From Podarcis muralis (taxonomy: Eukaryota): 64,000 nt of DNA. The DNA is taken from the NCBI RefSeq assembly GCF_964188315.1, contig NC_135667.1, positions 8,804,001 through 8,868,000 on the forward strand, written 5' to 3'. This document shows, piece by piece, positions 49,101-60,877 of the stretch. The notes under the pieces are model-generated. The model saw nothing but the letters and a program-made list of their open reading frames with translations, did not search any database and was not told where the DNA came from. The translations under genes and the position numbers were made by a program. Each line of letters starts with the position of its first letter. Positions within the stretch are counted from its first letter, which is position 1.

Positions 49101-52100
49101 GCTTAAGCATTTTCAGTGGACCTGGGTGGGGCTCTTTGCTCCAGATGATAGCAGTGCAGATTTTTTCACCCAGAAACTGGAATCATTGTTTTCCCAGCAT
49201 GGAATCTGTTTAGCTTTCACCAAAAAAATTAAACAAATAGCCCATTTTGATGATTATAGCAGACTTGGTGACATAATCGACAGAATCTTCATAAATTTAA
49301 GAGATGACAAAGTCAATGCACGGATCATCTATGGAGACTCTATGACACTTGTATGGCTGAGAACCATTATTTTTATAGGCGAATTTGAAAAGAGGTGGGA
49401 TGCATTTAAAAAGGTGTGGATCACCACAAGCCAGATTGACTTCATATTAACAGGCCATCAGAGGAATGCGGGGGACCTTCAGGTGTTCCATGGTGCAATT
49501 GCCTTTACAGTTCACTCAAAAGAGATTCTAGGATTCAAGGAATTTGTTCAGACAGTCAAGCCTCACTGGGCAGAAGAAGATGAATTTCTTAAAGACATCT
49601 GGGAGCAAGCATTTGACTGTTCATTTACAAATCCTGAAGAGTCTACAAATGACACTGGAGCATGTACTGGGGAAGAGAAATGGGAGAGTCTGCCTACATC
49701 TCTGTTTGAAATGCATATGTCTGGCCACAGCTACAGTATCTATAATGCAGTTCATGCTGTTGCTCATGCTTTGCATGATGTTTACACAGCTACAATGAAG
49801 AACCCAGTAATGGTGACTAGGAAAAGAGTTGAACTTCAGGATCTGAGGCCATGGCTGGTAATGTCTCCACACCAAAGTAATTTAAACCTATTATTTCTAG
49901 GTCTGACCAGAAGCCATTTTCTCATCCACAAATAGCTGATGGGATTGAGTTGCATACCTAAATAATTAGTACTGTTTTGTGGGTTTACGTTGCCTCTTAG
50001 ATCTGAAGAATTAAATGAATTTAAGTCATCTACAATGCAAAAGAAACTCTCTATTTACCATGTAATAAACATAGCTTATTTTTTCAAATGGAAAGTATTT
50101 TTATTAAAGCTTGAAAAACAGAAAAGAATATATGTAAAAGTTGACATCAAGTACCAAGTATTTTAGCTTAAAATCTCAAAGAGAGAAAAGAAAGGAAGGA
50201 AGAAAAGGAAAGCCTTCCAATTATCCATCTATTAGCTATATATAGACTTATGCAAAACACATTTCCCAGAATAATGTCCAACTCTTCTCTTTTCCATAAA
50301 CCAACCTTTTTTCCAGTCTTCAAAAACCAGATATCACAAATTCATTTCCCCTTTTGTGCAAAAAGTCTGAAATGGGTTCCTAATCATTAATATATATGAA
50401 CAATGAATTTTCTCTAATTAAACACGTCAACTTTGTCATCTCGGCCAAATCCAGTAATTTCAATAACCATGCTTCCATAGTAGGCATTAATAAGTTAATC
50501 ATAACATATGTTAAATATAGCTTGATGCTATACTTGCTCTTAGTTGGACTGCAGGCATCCCTTTGACCCCTTTATTTTTCTGTTTGTCTCTCCATTAGTT
50601 CTTCCCATTTCTTCACGGTATATCATTCAATAACTCAGTGGGAGAAACAATCTCTTTTGATGCTAAAAGGGAAATGGGAGGTGGATTTGACATTAACAAC
50701 ATAGTCACATTTCCAAATAAGTCCTTTCAGAGAGTGAAAATTGGAAGAGTGGGTCCTGATGGTCATGAAGGAAAAGAATTCATCATTAACGAAGACCAGA
50801 TTGAGTGGCACAGTGGTTTTAATCAGGTGTGAATAATTGGATATCCTTAGTGGGGGTCAACTCTGCTCTCCAAATGGACCAATGGGGTATTGGTGATTCT
50901 TTTCTTAGCTGCTTACAGCTATGCCTTATCAGAATGTGAGAGAGTCTTCCTCAAGTTGGGGAACACTGCTCTAATATTTTCTACCTACTACAAATATTTG
51001 CCATCTGCTAAAATAAAATAGATATAGCATTTAGATACCAAATATCTCCATAGCCTTGCTCCCAGTTTTGAAGCATAGATCATGGTCTAGCAATTGGCCA
51101 TCACTATTTCAGTGGCCATATTCTGAATATTCCATTTACTAATCTGAGCATCAGAAACTGACCAATATTATTTCCAGCTTGTCCATCCCTAATCTCTAAT
51201 TTATGGACAGGTACTTCCCATCTCTGTGTGTAACGAACATTGTCAGCCTGGTTATCAGAAGAAAAAGAAGGAAGTGCGGTTTTTTTGCTGCTACGATTGT
51301 GTTTTTTGCCCAGAAGGCAAGATTTCAAACCAGATGGGTAGGTGACATATATCTGCAACACTTTCACCATAGCGGCGTAATTCAAATTCTTTTATCAGCT
51401 GATTAAGTTTGGAAGTAGGGATGGAGGGGATATTTGATTCAGTTTGCATTTGAAGGCAAAAACGGAATTCACTTAAAAATAAATAAATCATAGTACTTAA
51501 ACCAAAACTTCAAAAATTGAGGGAAGGGCCACCAGCTTCTGAAGTAGTTTGTTCCACTGTTGAGCAGTTTACTGTCAGGAAGTTTAGTTGGAATTTATTT
51601 TGCTGTAATTTGAATCAGTTGCTTCTGGTCCAACCTACCGGAGCAGTAGAAAACAAACTTGTTCCATCTTCCTTGTGATAGCCCTTGAAATATTTGAAGA
51701 TGACTATATTATCATTTCTCAGACCTTTCTTCTCTAGTCCAAAAATACCAGACTCTTTTAACCCTTCCTCATAAGGCACTTGGTTCCCAGGTCCTTGATC
51801 ATCTTGGTCACCCTCCTCTGCACACATTCCAGCTTGTCAACATCCTTCTTAAATTATGGCAATTAGAACTGGATACAGCATTCCAGGTGTTGTCTAACTA
51901 AGGCAAAATAGAGTGGTACCATTCCTTCTCTTGATCTGGGCAATATACTTCTGTTGATGCAGCCTAGAATAGCATTAGGGTTTTTTACTGCTGCATCACA
52001 CTGTTGACTCATGTTACGCTTGTGGTCTACTAAGACCCCCTTGATCCTTTTCATATGTGTCCCCCCTCTTATATTTGTGCATCTGTTTATTTCTGCCTAA

Positions 52101-53338
52101 GTATAGAACCATATATTTGTCTGTATTGAAATTCCTTATGTAAGCTTTAACTTATGAGTAAATACAAATAGGATTGCACTTTCACATTACAAATCAAGCA
52201 GCACTTCTTGGCATACCCACTTGGAAACAGCAGTCATTGAACTAATGTGTTTCAGTTGCTTATATATTTTAGGATAGCTCAATGCAGTATTTATAGGAGT
52301 TTAAACACAGCAGAAATGCTTGACATTCCTTCCATACACATAAGTGGCATACATGTAATGGACTATTTTCATGCAATGATTGTCTGCAAGCAAAGAGAAA
52401 GTGGGACTGATATGGGCCTTATTTCTTTTTTTCCAGATATGACTGACTGTTTCAAATGCCCAGAAGATCAGTATCCAAGCAGTGACCAGACTCAATGCCT
52501 CCCCAAAACTATAACATTTCTTTCCTATGAAGAACCTTTAGGGATCTGTTTAGCCTCAGTTGCTGTTTCTTTTTCCCTCATCACAGCTTCCGTGTTACAA
52601 ATTTTTATTAAGCACAAAGATACCCCCATTGTCAAAGCTAACAACCGGGACCTCACATACATTCTCCTCATTTCCCTTCTGCTCTGCTTCCTCTCTTCAT
52701 TGCTATTTATTGGACAACCTGGGAAAGCAAGCTGCCTCCTCCGACAACCAGCTTTTGGCATCATCTTCTCTGTGGCTGTTTCTTGTGTTTTGGCCAAAAC
52801 TGCCATGGTTTCTCTAGCGTTTATAGCCACAAAACCTGGATCTAGGGTGAGGAAGTGGGTGGGGAAAAAACAGGCCTATTCAATTTTACTTTCTTGTTCT
52901 CTTATTCAAGCAAGTCTTTGCATTGCGTGGCTCTTAACCACGCCCCCATTCCCTGATTTAGATAAGTATTCGGTATCTCAAAAGATCATTGTGCAATGTA
53001 ATGAAGGGTCAGTTGCCATTTTCTACACTGTCTTGGGCTATATGGGCCTCTTGGCAATCATCAGCTTCATTGTGGCATTCCTAGTCCGTAAACTACCTGA
53101 CAGTTTTAATGAAGCCAAGTTTATCACCTTCAGCATGTTGCTCTTTTGCAGTGTTTGGTTGTCCTTTGTTCCAACCTACCTGAGCACAAGAGGAAAAGAC
53201 ATGGTAGCTGTGGAGATCTTCTCTATATTATCTTCCACTGCTGGGCTCCTGGGTTGCATATTTTCCCCTAAATGCTACATTATTCTGTTAAGGCCTGAGT
53301 TGAACAAGAGGGAACAGCTTATAAGGAAAACGAAGTGA
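46139..53338 (+). CDS. Vomeronasal type-2 receptor gene 5, 6 exons, about 870 aa (alternative upstream ATG at 46112), apparently intact
   Basis: Exons 46139-46338, 47773-48064, 48994-49857, 50599-50826, 51211-51337, 52437-53338; GT-AG, 2613 nt in frame. Confidence 0.9.
51535..52130 (-). mobile_element. Decayed CR1 LINE 3' fragment in intron 5 of gene 5
   Basis: Translations [27 protein letters not shown] and IFKYFKG...RSN are typical of CR1 ORF2 C-termini. Confidence 0.75.
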
Positions 53339-53735
53339 AACACATTTATTTCTTATTTAGTTTTGTAAATTTTTTTAAAACACTGCCTATCTATCTATTT
53401 ATCTATCTATGACTGAAATGAAATTAAGTATTACTTGCTTCACCTTAAGAAAATAACAGGAATTATGTGGGTTTTACTAAATGACGCTTGGTGTCCCTTC
53501 CAACTCTGCCATTCTATGATTCCATGAAATGTAAATAGTGGGTCTGAAAAGCCATGCTGAAGAGATACTGGCTCTGGTAATATATGAGATATGATATAAT
53601 ATACAAATCAACATATGAGATGCATGAATAGGAGAAGTGAACGGCTGAAATGTTCCATACAACTGATAAGCATTATTAGTTCCACTGAAGCCTCCTGGTG
53701 GACAAAATGAGAAGATGGCTCCTACAATTCCAAGA

Positions 53736-53763
53736 CCTTTTTGCTTTAGGGTTACTCACAGTG
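53736..53763 (-). other. Probable recombination signal sequence with 12-bp spacer
   Basis: Minus strand CACTGTG (53763-53757), AGTAACCCTAAA (12 nt), GCAAAAAGG (53744-53736; 6/9 to consensus, A-tract intact); no nonamer at the 23-bp position. Confidence 0.7.
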
Positions 53764-54266
53764 GGTCTCTCTCCTCATACAGTAATACATGGCAGTGTCT
53801 TCTGGCTTCAGATTTTTCATTTGCATGTAGAAATTACTGCCATCCTTTGAGACTGTAAAGCGACCTTGGATGTTGGGAGAATAGTAGTTTGTCACAGATG
53901 GTTTCCAATAGCTGATCAGCCACTCAGGGGCCTTCCCAGGTTCCTGCCTAAGCCAAGACATCCACCACTGGTCAGCAATGTCCATGGTGCATGTCAGTTG
54001 GACAGATTCTCCAGGTTGCTTCACCATAGCCATGGACTGGATTATAACAACTTGAAGCTGGGCAACTGCAGGAAGAAGGAAAGAAGATGCAGGGAATAGA
54101 AATGTCATTTCCATCCATTTATGTTATTGTGATTTGAAAAATTGTTGGAAATTCGAAACATAAGCCAATGTTTTAAAAGTTCTCAGCCTATGGGATGTGG
54201 AGAGGAACACATACCTTCTAACACCACCAAAAGGACAACCCATTGATACCAAGAGAACATTTTCAT
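53764..54266 (-). CDS. Intact VH-like V segment V2 (leader 54266-54215, V exon 54065-53764)
   Basis: ATG leader MKMFSWYQWVVLLVVLE, GTATGT donor, pyrimidine tract plus CAG acceptor, 149-nt intron; V exon open with LTC, WLRQEPGKAPEW, RFTVSKD, EDTAMYYC. Confidence 0.88.
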
Positions 54267-54387
54267 GCTATGCTCAAGAAAAGAGCTCACTGATCAAATA
54301 CTAATCTTGACACTTTAGGAGTCTGTAGGATTGCCTGAGTGTTCTCAATTTTGACAGTGAGTGCTTTATGAAGGAAGCAGGTTCAAT

Positions 54388-54395
54388 ATTTGCAT
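54388..54395 (-). promoter_or_regulatory. Perfect IgH-type octamer ATGCAAAT upstream of V2
   Basis: ATTTGCAT on +, about 120 bp upstream of the leader ATG, in the IgH-promoter orientation. Confidence 0.75.
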
Positions 54396-55226
54396 ATGTC
54401 CCTAATAAAAGGCGGTTTTCTGTTGATAGGGAACAAGTCTGAGAAGCAACGTTTATTTTGCCTGTAAAAGGTCCCAGGTTCAATCCCCAATATCTCCAGC
54501 TAGGGCTGAGAGAGACCTGAACCTGAAACCCTTGAGTTCCACAGCCAGTCAGTGTAGACAGAGGACTTATCCACACATCCTCTTGTCCCGCTTCTTCTTC
54601 CCTCCCCCAGAGTAAAGCTGCTCTTTAACATGCAGTCGAAGCAAAGAGCAATTTGGGTTTTCTCCAGGTTGATATTTGCTCCAATTTAGTACTAAAGAGC
54701 AGACTTTCCCTGGGAAAGAAGTGGGACAAGAGGAAAACCACTCAAACCTCTGCCTAGAAAATGGACTTCAAGTGGAAAACCACTCAGGCCTGTGTTTCAT
54801 AGGGATGGGGCAAGTGGAAGTGTGGATGAGCCCAATATTCTGTTAGATGAACCAATAGGAGTCCTTACTTTCTTAAACACCAGGTTGGTTTGCAACCAGT
54901 GTGGACATGAGCTTCTCAGTTACTGAGGGCAATTACTGTAATCAAAGCAGACATTTTGAAGTAATAAGGGAAACACAATGTAAGGACAAAAAGAAAGAAA
55001 TAATGAGATGTGTTTTGATTTAATATTTTTTCCCCATTAGGAACAGAATTTAAAATATTGTGTATTAAAGGAGTCTGGGTGAGAATCATTAGGTAACCCT
55101 AAAGCAGTCATTGGCCAATGTTGAGTGTGGATAATTTTTTTCTTGGTTCAGCAGTTTCTGTCTTGTGATTTTCTGGTTCTCTGGTGGCGCTTCTTTAGAA
55201 TTTTTGCCAAAAATCATGCAGCGAAA

Positions 55227-55649
55227 TGTTTTTGTCCGAGATCTAACGGGATCTGTCTCACTGCATATCTTTTCCAGCAGTACACTGATGTGTGTTCTGC
55301 TTTGAGGTTGTTCATGTGAAGTCAGAAGTTGGAGCCACTCTTATAAACTGTGAAATGCCCCTGGACTGCAGGGGAATTACTGTACCCAGAATGAATATCA
55401 TAATAATACAGGAGCCATTTCAGGCCTTTGCCAGGTTGCCGCTTGACTCAGTATATTGCAAAGCCACTAATATCAAACCTGGTGATGATTCAGTTCAGTT
55501 TATGGGATTCTCCAGGTTTCTTCAATACTGAATCTGACTGAGTCAAAACCATCTGTGAGTAGACACCTGTAGCGGGCAAAGAAACCAACAATAGGGAGAA
55601 CAACAACTAAGAGTGGGAAACAAGTTAAAACGGAGAAGCAACATCCCAC

Positions 55650-55698
<49 letters not shown>

Positions 55699-56485
55699 TT
55701 TTATTTATATCCCACCCTCCCCAGCCGAATCCGGGCTCAGGGTGGCTAACAACAATCAAATAATCAAACAGTCAAATAATCACACATTCTAAAAATATTT
55801 CATTATAAAATTAATTAAAATCAAATTGATGGCAACCGATTAAGCAAAATTCTGTGCAGGTTGCCAGAGGAGGGAGTCAGGCTGCGCCCTGACCAAAGGC
55901 CTGGTGGAACAACTCTGTCTTGCAGGCCCTGCGGAAAGATGTCAGGTCCCGCAGGGCCCTAGTCTCTTGTGACAGAGCATTCCACCAGATTGGAGCCGCA
56001 GCCGAGAAGGCTCTAGTTGAGGCCAGCCTAACCTCTCTGAGGCCTGGGACCTTGAGGATGTTATTATTTGCAGACCGTAGGTTTCTCTGTGGGGCATACC
56101 AGGAGAGGCGGTCCCGTAGGTACGAGGGTCCTAGGCCGTATAGGGCTTTAAAGGTTAAAGCCAGCACCTTAAACCTGATCCTGTACTCCACCGGGAGCCA
56201 GTGCAGCTGGTATAGTACTGGATGAATGTGATCTCGCAGTGAAGACCCCATAAGGAGTCTAGCCGCGGCATTCTGCACCCGCTGGAGTTTCTGGGTCAGT
56301 CTCAAGGGCAGCTCCACGTAGAGCGAGTTACAATAATCCAGTCTGGAGGTGACCGTCGCATGGATCACAGTGGCTAGGTCTTCAAAAAACCAAATTGATA
56401 GCTAGAAAAATAAAATAAGTCTAAAGTTTAACACACATGGTGAAGAGGCACCCAGTGCAATTAATTTTGGCAAGAAAGATGGTGC
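55227..56485 (-). pseudogene. IGHV: IGHV-like pseudogene V3 (degenerate 23-RSS 55265-55227, V exon 55566-55266, leader relic about 56485-56437)
   Basis: QMVLTQSDSVLKKPGESHKLN*...Y*VKRQPGKGLKWL...SNF*LHMNNLKAE with three TGA stops; TGCAGTG-23-ACAAAAACA; leader homologous to V1 but lacking ATG. Confidence 0.85.
55650..56380 (-). mobile_element. 5'-truncated L2-clade LINE in the leader-V intron of V3
   Basis: ORF SRLDYCNSLY..LP..LQRVQNAAARL typical of L2 ORF2 C-terminus; (ATT)n tail. Confidence 0.8.
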
Positions 56486-56595
56486 AGCAGAGGGGTTGGT
56501 GGTCTGGATCTCAAAGTGACTCTGTAAGCGCTGCCACAGATCTGTGGTGGGTGGGAGACTTTGAGAGTTTAAGAAGGATTTGAGAGTACTCCTGG

Positions 56596-56603
56596 CTTTG
56601 CAT
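56596..56603 (-). promoter_or_regulatory. Octamer-like motif ATGCAAAG of the V3 promoter
   Basis: GCTTTGCATAAATTG on +, identical to 27880-27894 upstream of V1. Confidence 0.6.
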
Positions 56604-58003
56604 AAATTGTTTGTCCTAAGAAAGGACAGCATGAAGATGGGATCAAAATGCTTCCTGAGAATCAAAACATCAGAGAAAGCAATCATTTCTAGGAAGGGGA
56701 AAGTAGGGCCACTTGTAGTGTTTGGGGGGCCCTGTAATAGCACAATTATACTTCCTCAGGCATTCAGCACCATGATAGCCAGGTGGCACTAACAAGAGGA
56801 GCCACAGCAAATCCTGATTTGCTGCCTAGTATTGCTGATCTCTGATCCCAGCCCTGAGCAGAAGTCTTCCAGCTTGCTGGTGGGATTTGGCTTGGCTAAT
56901 TGGATGGGCCCAATTCAGATGACTACAGGTCCATTGCTCCTTTATGTTTGCATTCACATGTATGTTTCCAGAGGTTTGTGAGATGATCAAACCTTTATGT
57001 GATGGGCTCATTGGAGGGTTACAGGGAAGAAGAGAACTCTGGGAACTGTTCTCCCATGGACTCCATTAAATTACCTGGTATTAGGACTTCGACTCACTTT
57101 CTCACTAGTGTTAATGGTGGTGTGTACTGACCATTTCAGGATTTATCCCCATTTTATGGGTTGGAGCCAACCCTCTGTGATTGGGCACTGAAGGAATGAA
57201 TGTTGAAGGTGGGGAATTCAATTGTACTGGTGGAACTCTGTTGGTCGAATGAAACTACAGCATTGGACAGAACATGATGTGCCCAATCAAACTGGTGTGT
57301 TCATCTTAGGCCCCAACTTTCCTCTTGGTAAATTTATTATTTATTATTTTTATTTTAATCTAATTTTAATCTGTATTTTAATTGATCATTTGACTTAATG
57401 TTTTAATGTATTATATATTGTGATGTTAGCTGCCCTGAGCCCAGCCTTGCAGGGGAGGGCGGGATATAAATAATTTTTATTATTATTATTATTATTACTA
57501 CTACTTTTGGAATATCAATCTGCTACTTCACATTCCAGCAGGGAGAAGAGAAGGGACTTTTGGTTGAATCTGGGAAGAAGATAACCAACATGTTTGTTAC
57601 AAAAAAAAAAAAAGTCACTTTAGAGAGCAGGCTCAGAAGGAGTAATTTTCTCATTTTGTAATTATTCAAATCAAGTTGCCCAATGCTCCAAAGGTTTTCC
57701 ATGAGAGAACAACAACAACAATGAACGGGGAAGCCAAAAAGTAGCTATAAGTAATCCCAGTAAAAGTAAGAGCTGGGAGTGGAGGCAAGAGGCAGGCTGG
57801 GCTCTGTTAATTTCACCTCTTTATTCATAGTAGCCAGACTTCAAGCAGGAACATTGCCACTCTCACCTATTCAAGGCATGTAACATACCAGAGTACTTTA
57901 GCAGAGGTGCACACCATCCAATTTAGCCTCTTTAAGTGATGAGGATGAAGAAAGTGACTAGATAAAGTAAAGATGTATCTTAGAGTGAAGCTTTTCTGCA
58001 AGA

Positions 58004-60832
58004 ATGCTGGGGTTGGTCGTGATATACCTCCTGCCTTCAATGACATTTGGCATATATGCTAGCATGTGCTCCATGAATGATCCCTTCCCTGTTCCAAATG
58101 AGTGGTACCAACCAGGTGGCCTCTTCATTGGTGGGATGACTTCTCAAATAATTTATGCTTCCCAAGAAGTTTGCTTTCACGAACACCCTTCTCAGAAGCT
58201 GTTTGAGATCTCAGCGTAAGACTTTTCTTCCCCATTTTCTATTGTTTGAGCCTGCTCTAATCATACACATACAAAAATTGAGAGGAGTGACAGAGTATGG
58301 GCAAGGACTTGCACGTTCCACTAAAATTAACATGCACATGGACTCTGTTGTAACAGTGGTTTCTATTTTGGAAAGTGTGGGTGACAGATTTAGGCACCCC
58401 TGCACCTATTTGCATGCATTAGAGCCACTGAGGAGTGAGGGGGAGGGATAAGGATAAGGAAAAGGAAATCTTCAAATGCAAAAGTGTCAGACATCACTAG
58501 TGATAAACTATCCAACACCTCTGCATAGGACTAAGGTCAGAATTCAGAAGCATATTCAACTACTATTATCACACCCTCGTTTATTACCTGCAGAGGTATA
58601 AAAAGTTGATCAATTGTATGATTCTCTTTTAAAATAGTAAAATAAATCTTTTGGCAGTATTGTGACAAAATTCTACCAGCATGCGCTTGCCTTGGCATTT
58701 GCCATAAATGAGATCAATGAAAATCCCATGATCTTGCCTAATGCTACACTTGGATTCCACATCTACGACAGCTACTATGATGCCATGATGACCTATCGAA
58801 CCACTCTAGATCTGCTCTTCAAATCGCATAAATTTGTCCTCAACTACAGATGTGACAGTCAGAAAAAACTCATAGCTGTCATTGGAGGACTTGGCTCTGA
58901 GACCTCTTCCCTTATGGCAGACATTTTAGGTCTCTTCAAGATTCCACAGGTAGGATCTCAGAATAGGGTGTTGGAAATTTTCCACAAACAACTCCATTCT
59001 CACTGTGATTTTGTGCTTCAGGAAGTGACAGAGAGAAAAAAATGTCATGGCTAATGGTCATGTAACAGTTATCTTTCAATTAATTTTTCAAAATCTGTTT
59101 TAAAGCCACACAATTTGCGGTCATCACTCCCTCTTGTTGGAACAAATTCTGTAATTTGACCATGTGCTGTGTAAAGAATTACTGGTATTGCCTATCCTAA
59201 ATCTTTGAACATCCAGCTTCATTCAATGTCTTAGATTTAAAGTGTTATGAGGGAGGTGGAAAAGCATTATTTTATCCAACTTATTTATGCCATGCATAAT
59301 TTTATATACTTTGATAGCCTCAAAATATTTATAATACCATACACATATTCATTCATTTAAATATTTAGAAACCTCACTTTTGTAAATAAAAAAGGAACTA
59401 GGCAGTGTTTATCGCAAATCACAATGCAAATAGTACATCTATCAGATATACATTATTTGACAATAAATATCTGTATATTTTCTTTTAGCTCACCTATGGC
59501 TCCTTTCCACCAAAGAAGAATGACATAGGTCATGTCCACTTTTTATACCACATGGTGCCAAATGAAGCCCATCTGTACAAGGGGATTATCAGCTTGTTTA
59601 ACCATTTTGGATGGACATGGGTTGGGCTCTTCGTTGTGGATGATGACAGTGGAGAACATTTCTTGCAGACCATGGAGCCATTGTTTTCCCAAAATGGAAT
59701 CTGTTCAGCCTTCATACAAAGAATCCCACAGGCACCCAATTTGGATGATTTGGATACAGTTATTGACATATTCTCAAGTAATTATATAGATTTCACAGAT
59801 GACAAAGCCAATGTCTCTATCATCTATGGAGAATCTATGACAATTGCATGGCTGAGAACCATTACAATTCTGCATGATTCTGCAAATCGGAGAAACACAC
59901 CATTTAAAATGGTGTGGGTCATGACAAGCCAGATTGATTTAATATTAACAGGCTTTCAAAGGGGTTGGGGTCTTCAGTTATTCCATGGGGCGATTTCTTT
60001 TGCAATTCACTCAGAGGATGTTCTAGCGTTCAAAGAATTTCTTCAGAAAGGAAAGCCTTACTGGGCCAAAGGAGATGGATTTGTTAAAGATTTCTGGGAA
60101 CAAGCATTTGACTGTTCATTTACAAGTTCTCTAGGTCCAACAAACCTCACTGGAAAATGTACTGGGGAAGAGAAGTTGGAGAGTCTTCCTGGTCCTCAGT
60201 TTAACCTGCTCATGTCTGGCCACAGCTACAGTATCTATAATGCGGTCTATGCCGTGGCTAATGCTTTGCATGCCATTTACTCAAGTAGAACCAAACCCAG
60301 AGTCATGCTGAGAAGGGGAAGATTTGAACTTCAAGATCTGCAGCCGTGGCAGGTAGTATCACTATAACAAAATATTTTAATTTAAGCAATGTATCAGCTC
60401 TAGTGGAGACTACAGACAGCTATACAGCTCAAAAATAAAACCTTCAAGTGTGTTTTAAGTGCAATATACAATGTGACAATAGATTTTAGAAGCATTTTTG
60501 AAATGGTTTTTTATATGTGTGTAGATGCCACCTACATCCAGTTTTCTGATTCACGAATAACTGATGGAATGGAGTTGCATAACTAACTTGCTGACAATAT
60601 TTTATCGGTTCACATTTCCTCTTTGAGCTAAAGAATTAAAATAATTAACGTCATCTCCAATGCTTTAATTACTCATACATTAAATGTAGTTTAATGCTAG
60701 TACTTGGTCATGATTAGATGAAACTCTGTAAACAGTATTAATAAAGAAAAAAGTTGGTAAAAGTGTCATGAGATGATGAAGGTGACCTTTCCTCTTTCTC
60801 ATTTTCATTCTGTTTTCCCTCCCAAATTAAAA

Positions 60833-60877
<45 letters not shown>

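Noticed and set aside
54066-54114. ORF track suggests an intronless leader for V2 (MEMTFLFPASSFLLPA)
   Set aside because: This is the intron polypyrimidine tract and acceptor; a proper leader exon with a GT donor lies at 54266-54215.
55093-55106. GTAACCCTAAAGCA on + matches 14 nt of the V2 RSS spacer/nonamer in the opposite orientation
   Set aside because: No heptamer upstream (ATCATTA) and the nonamer does not continue; 14-bp matches between some pair of sites are expected by chance in 64 kb.
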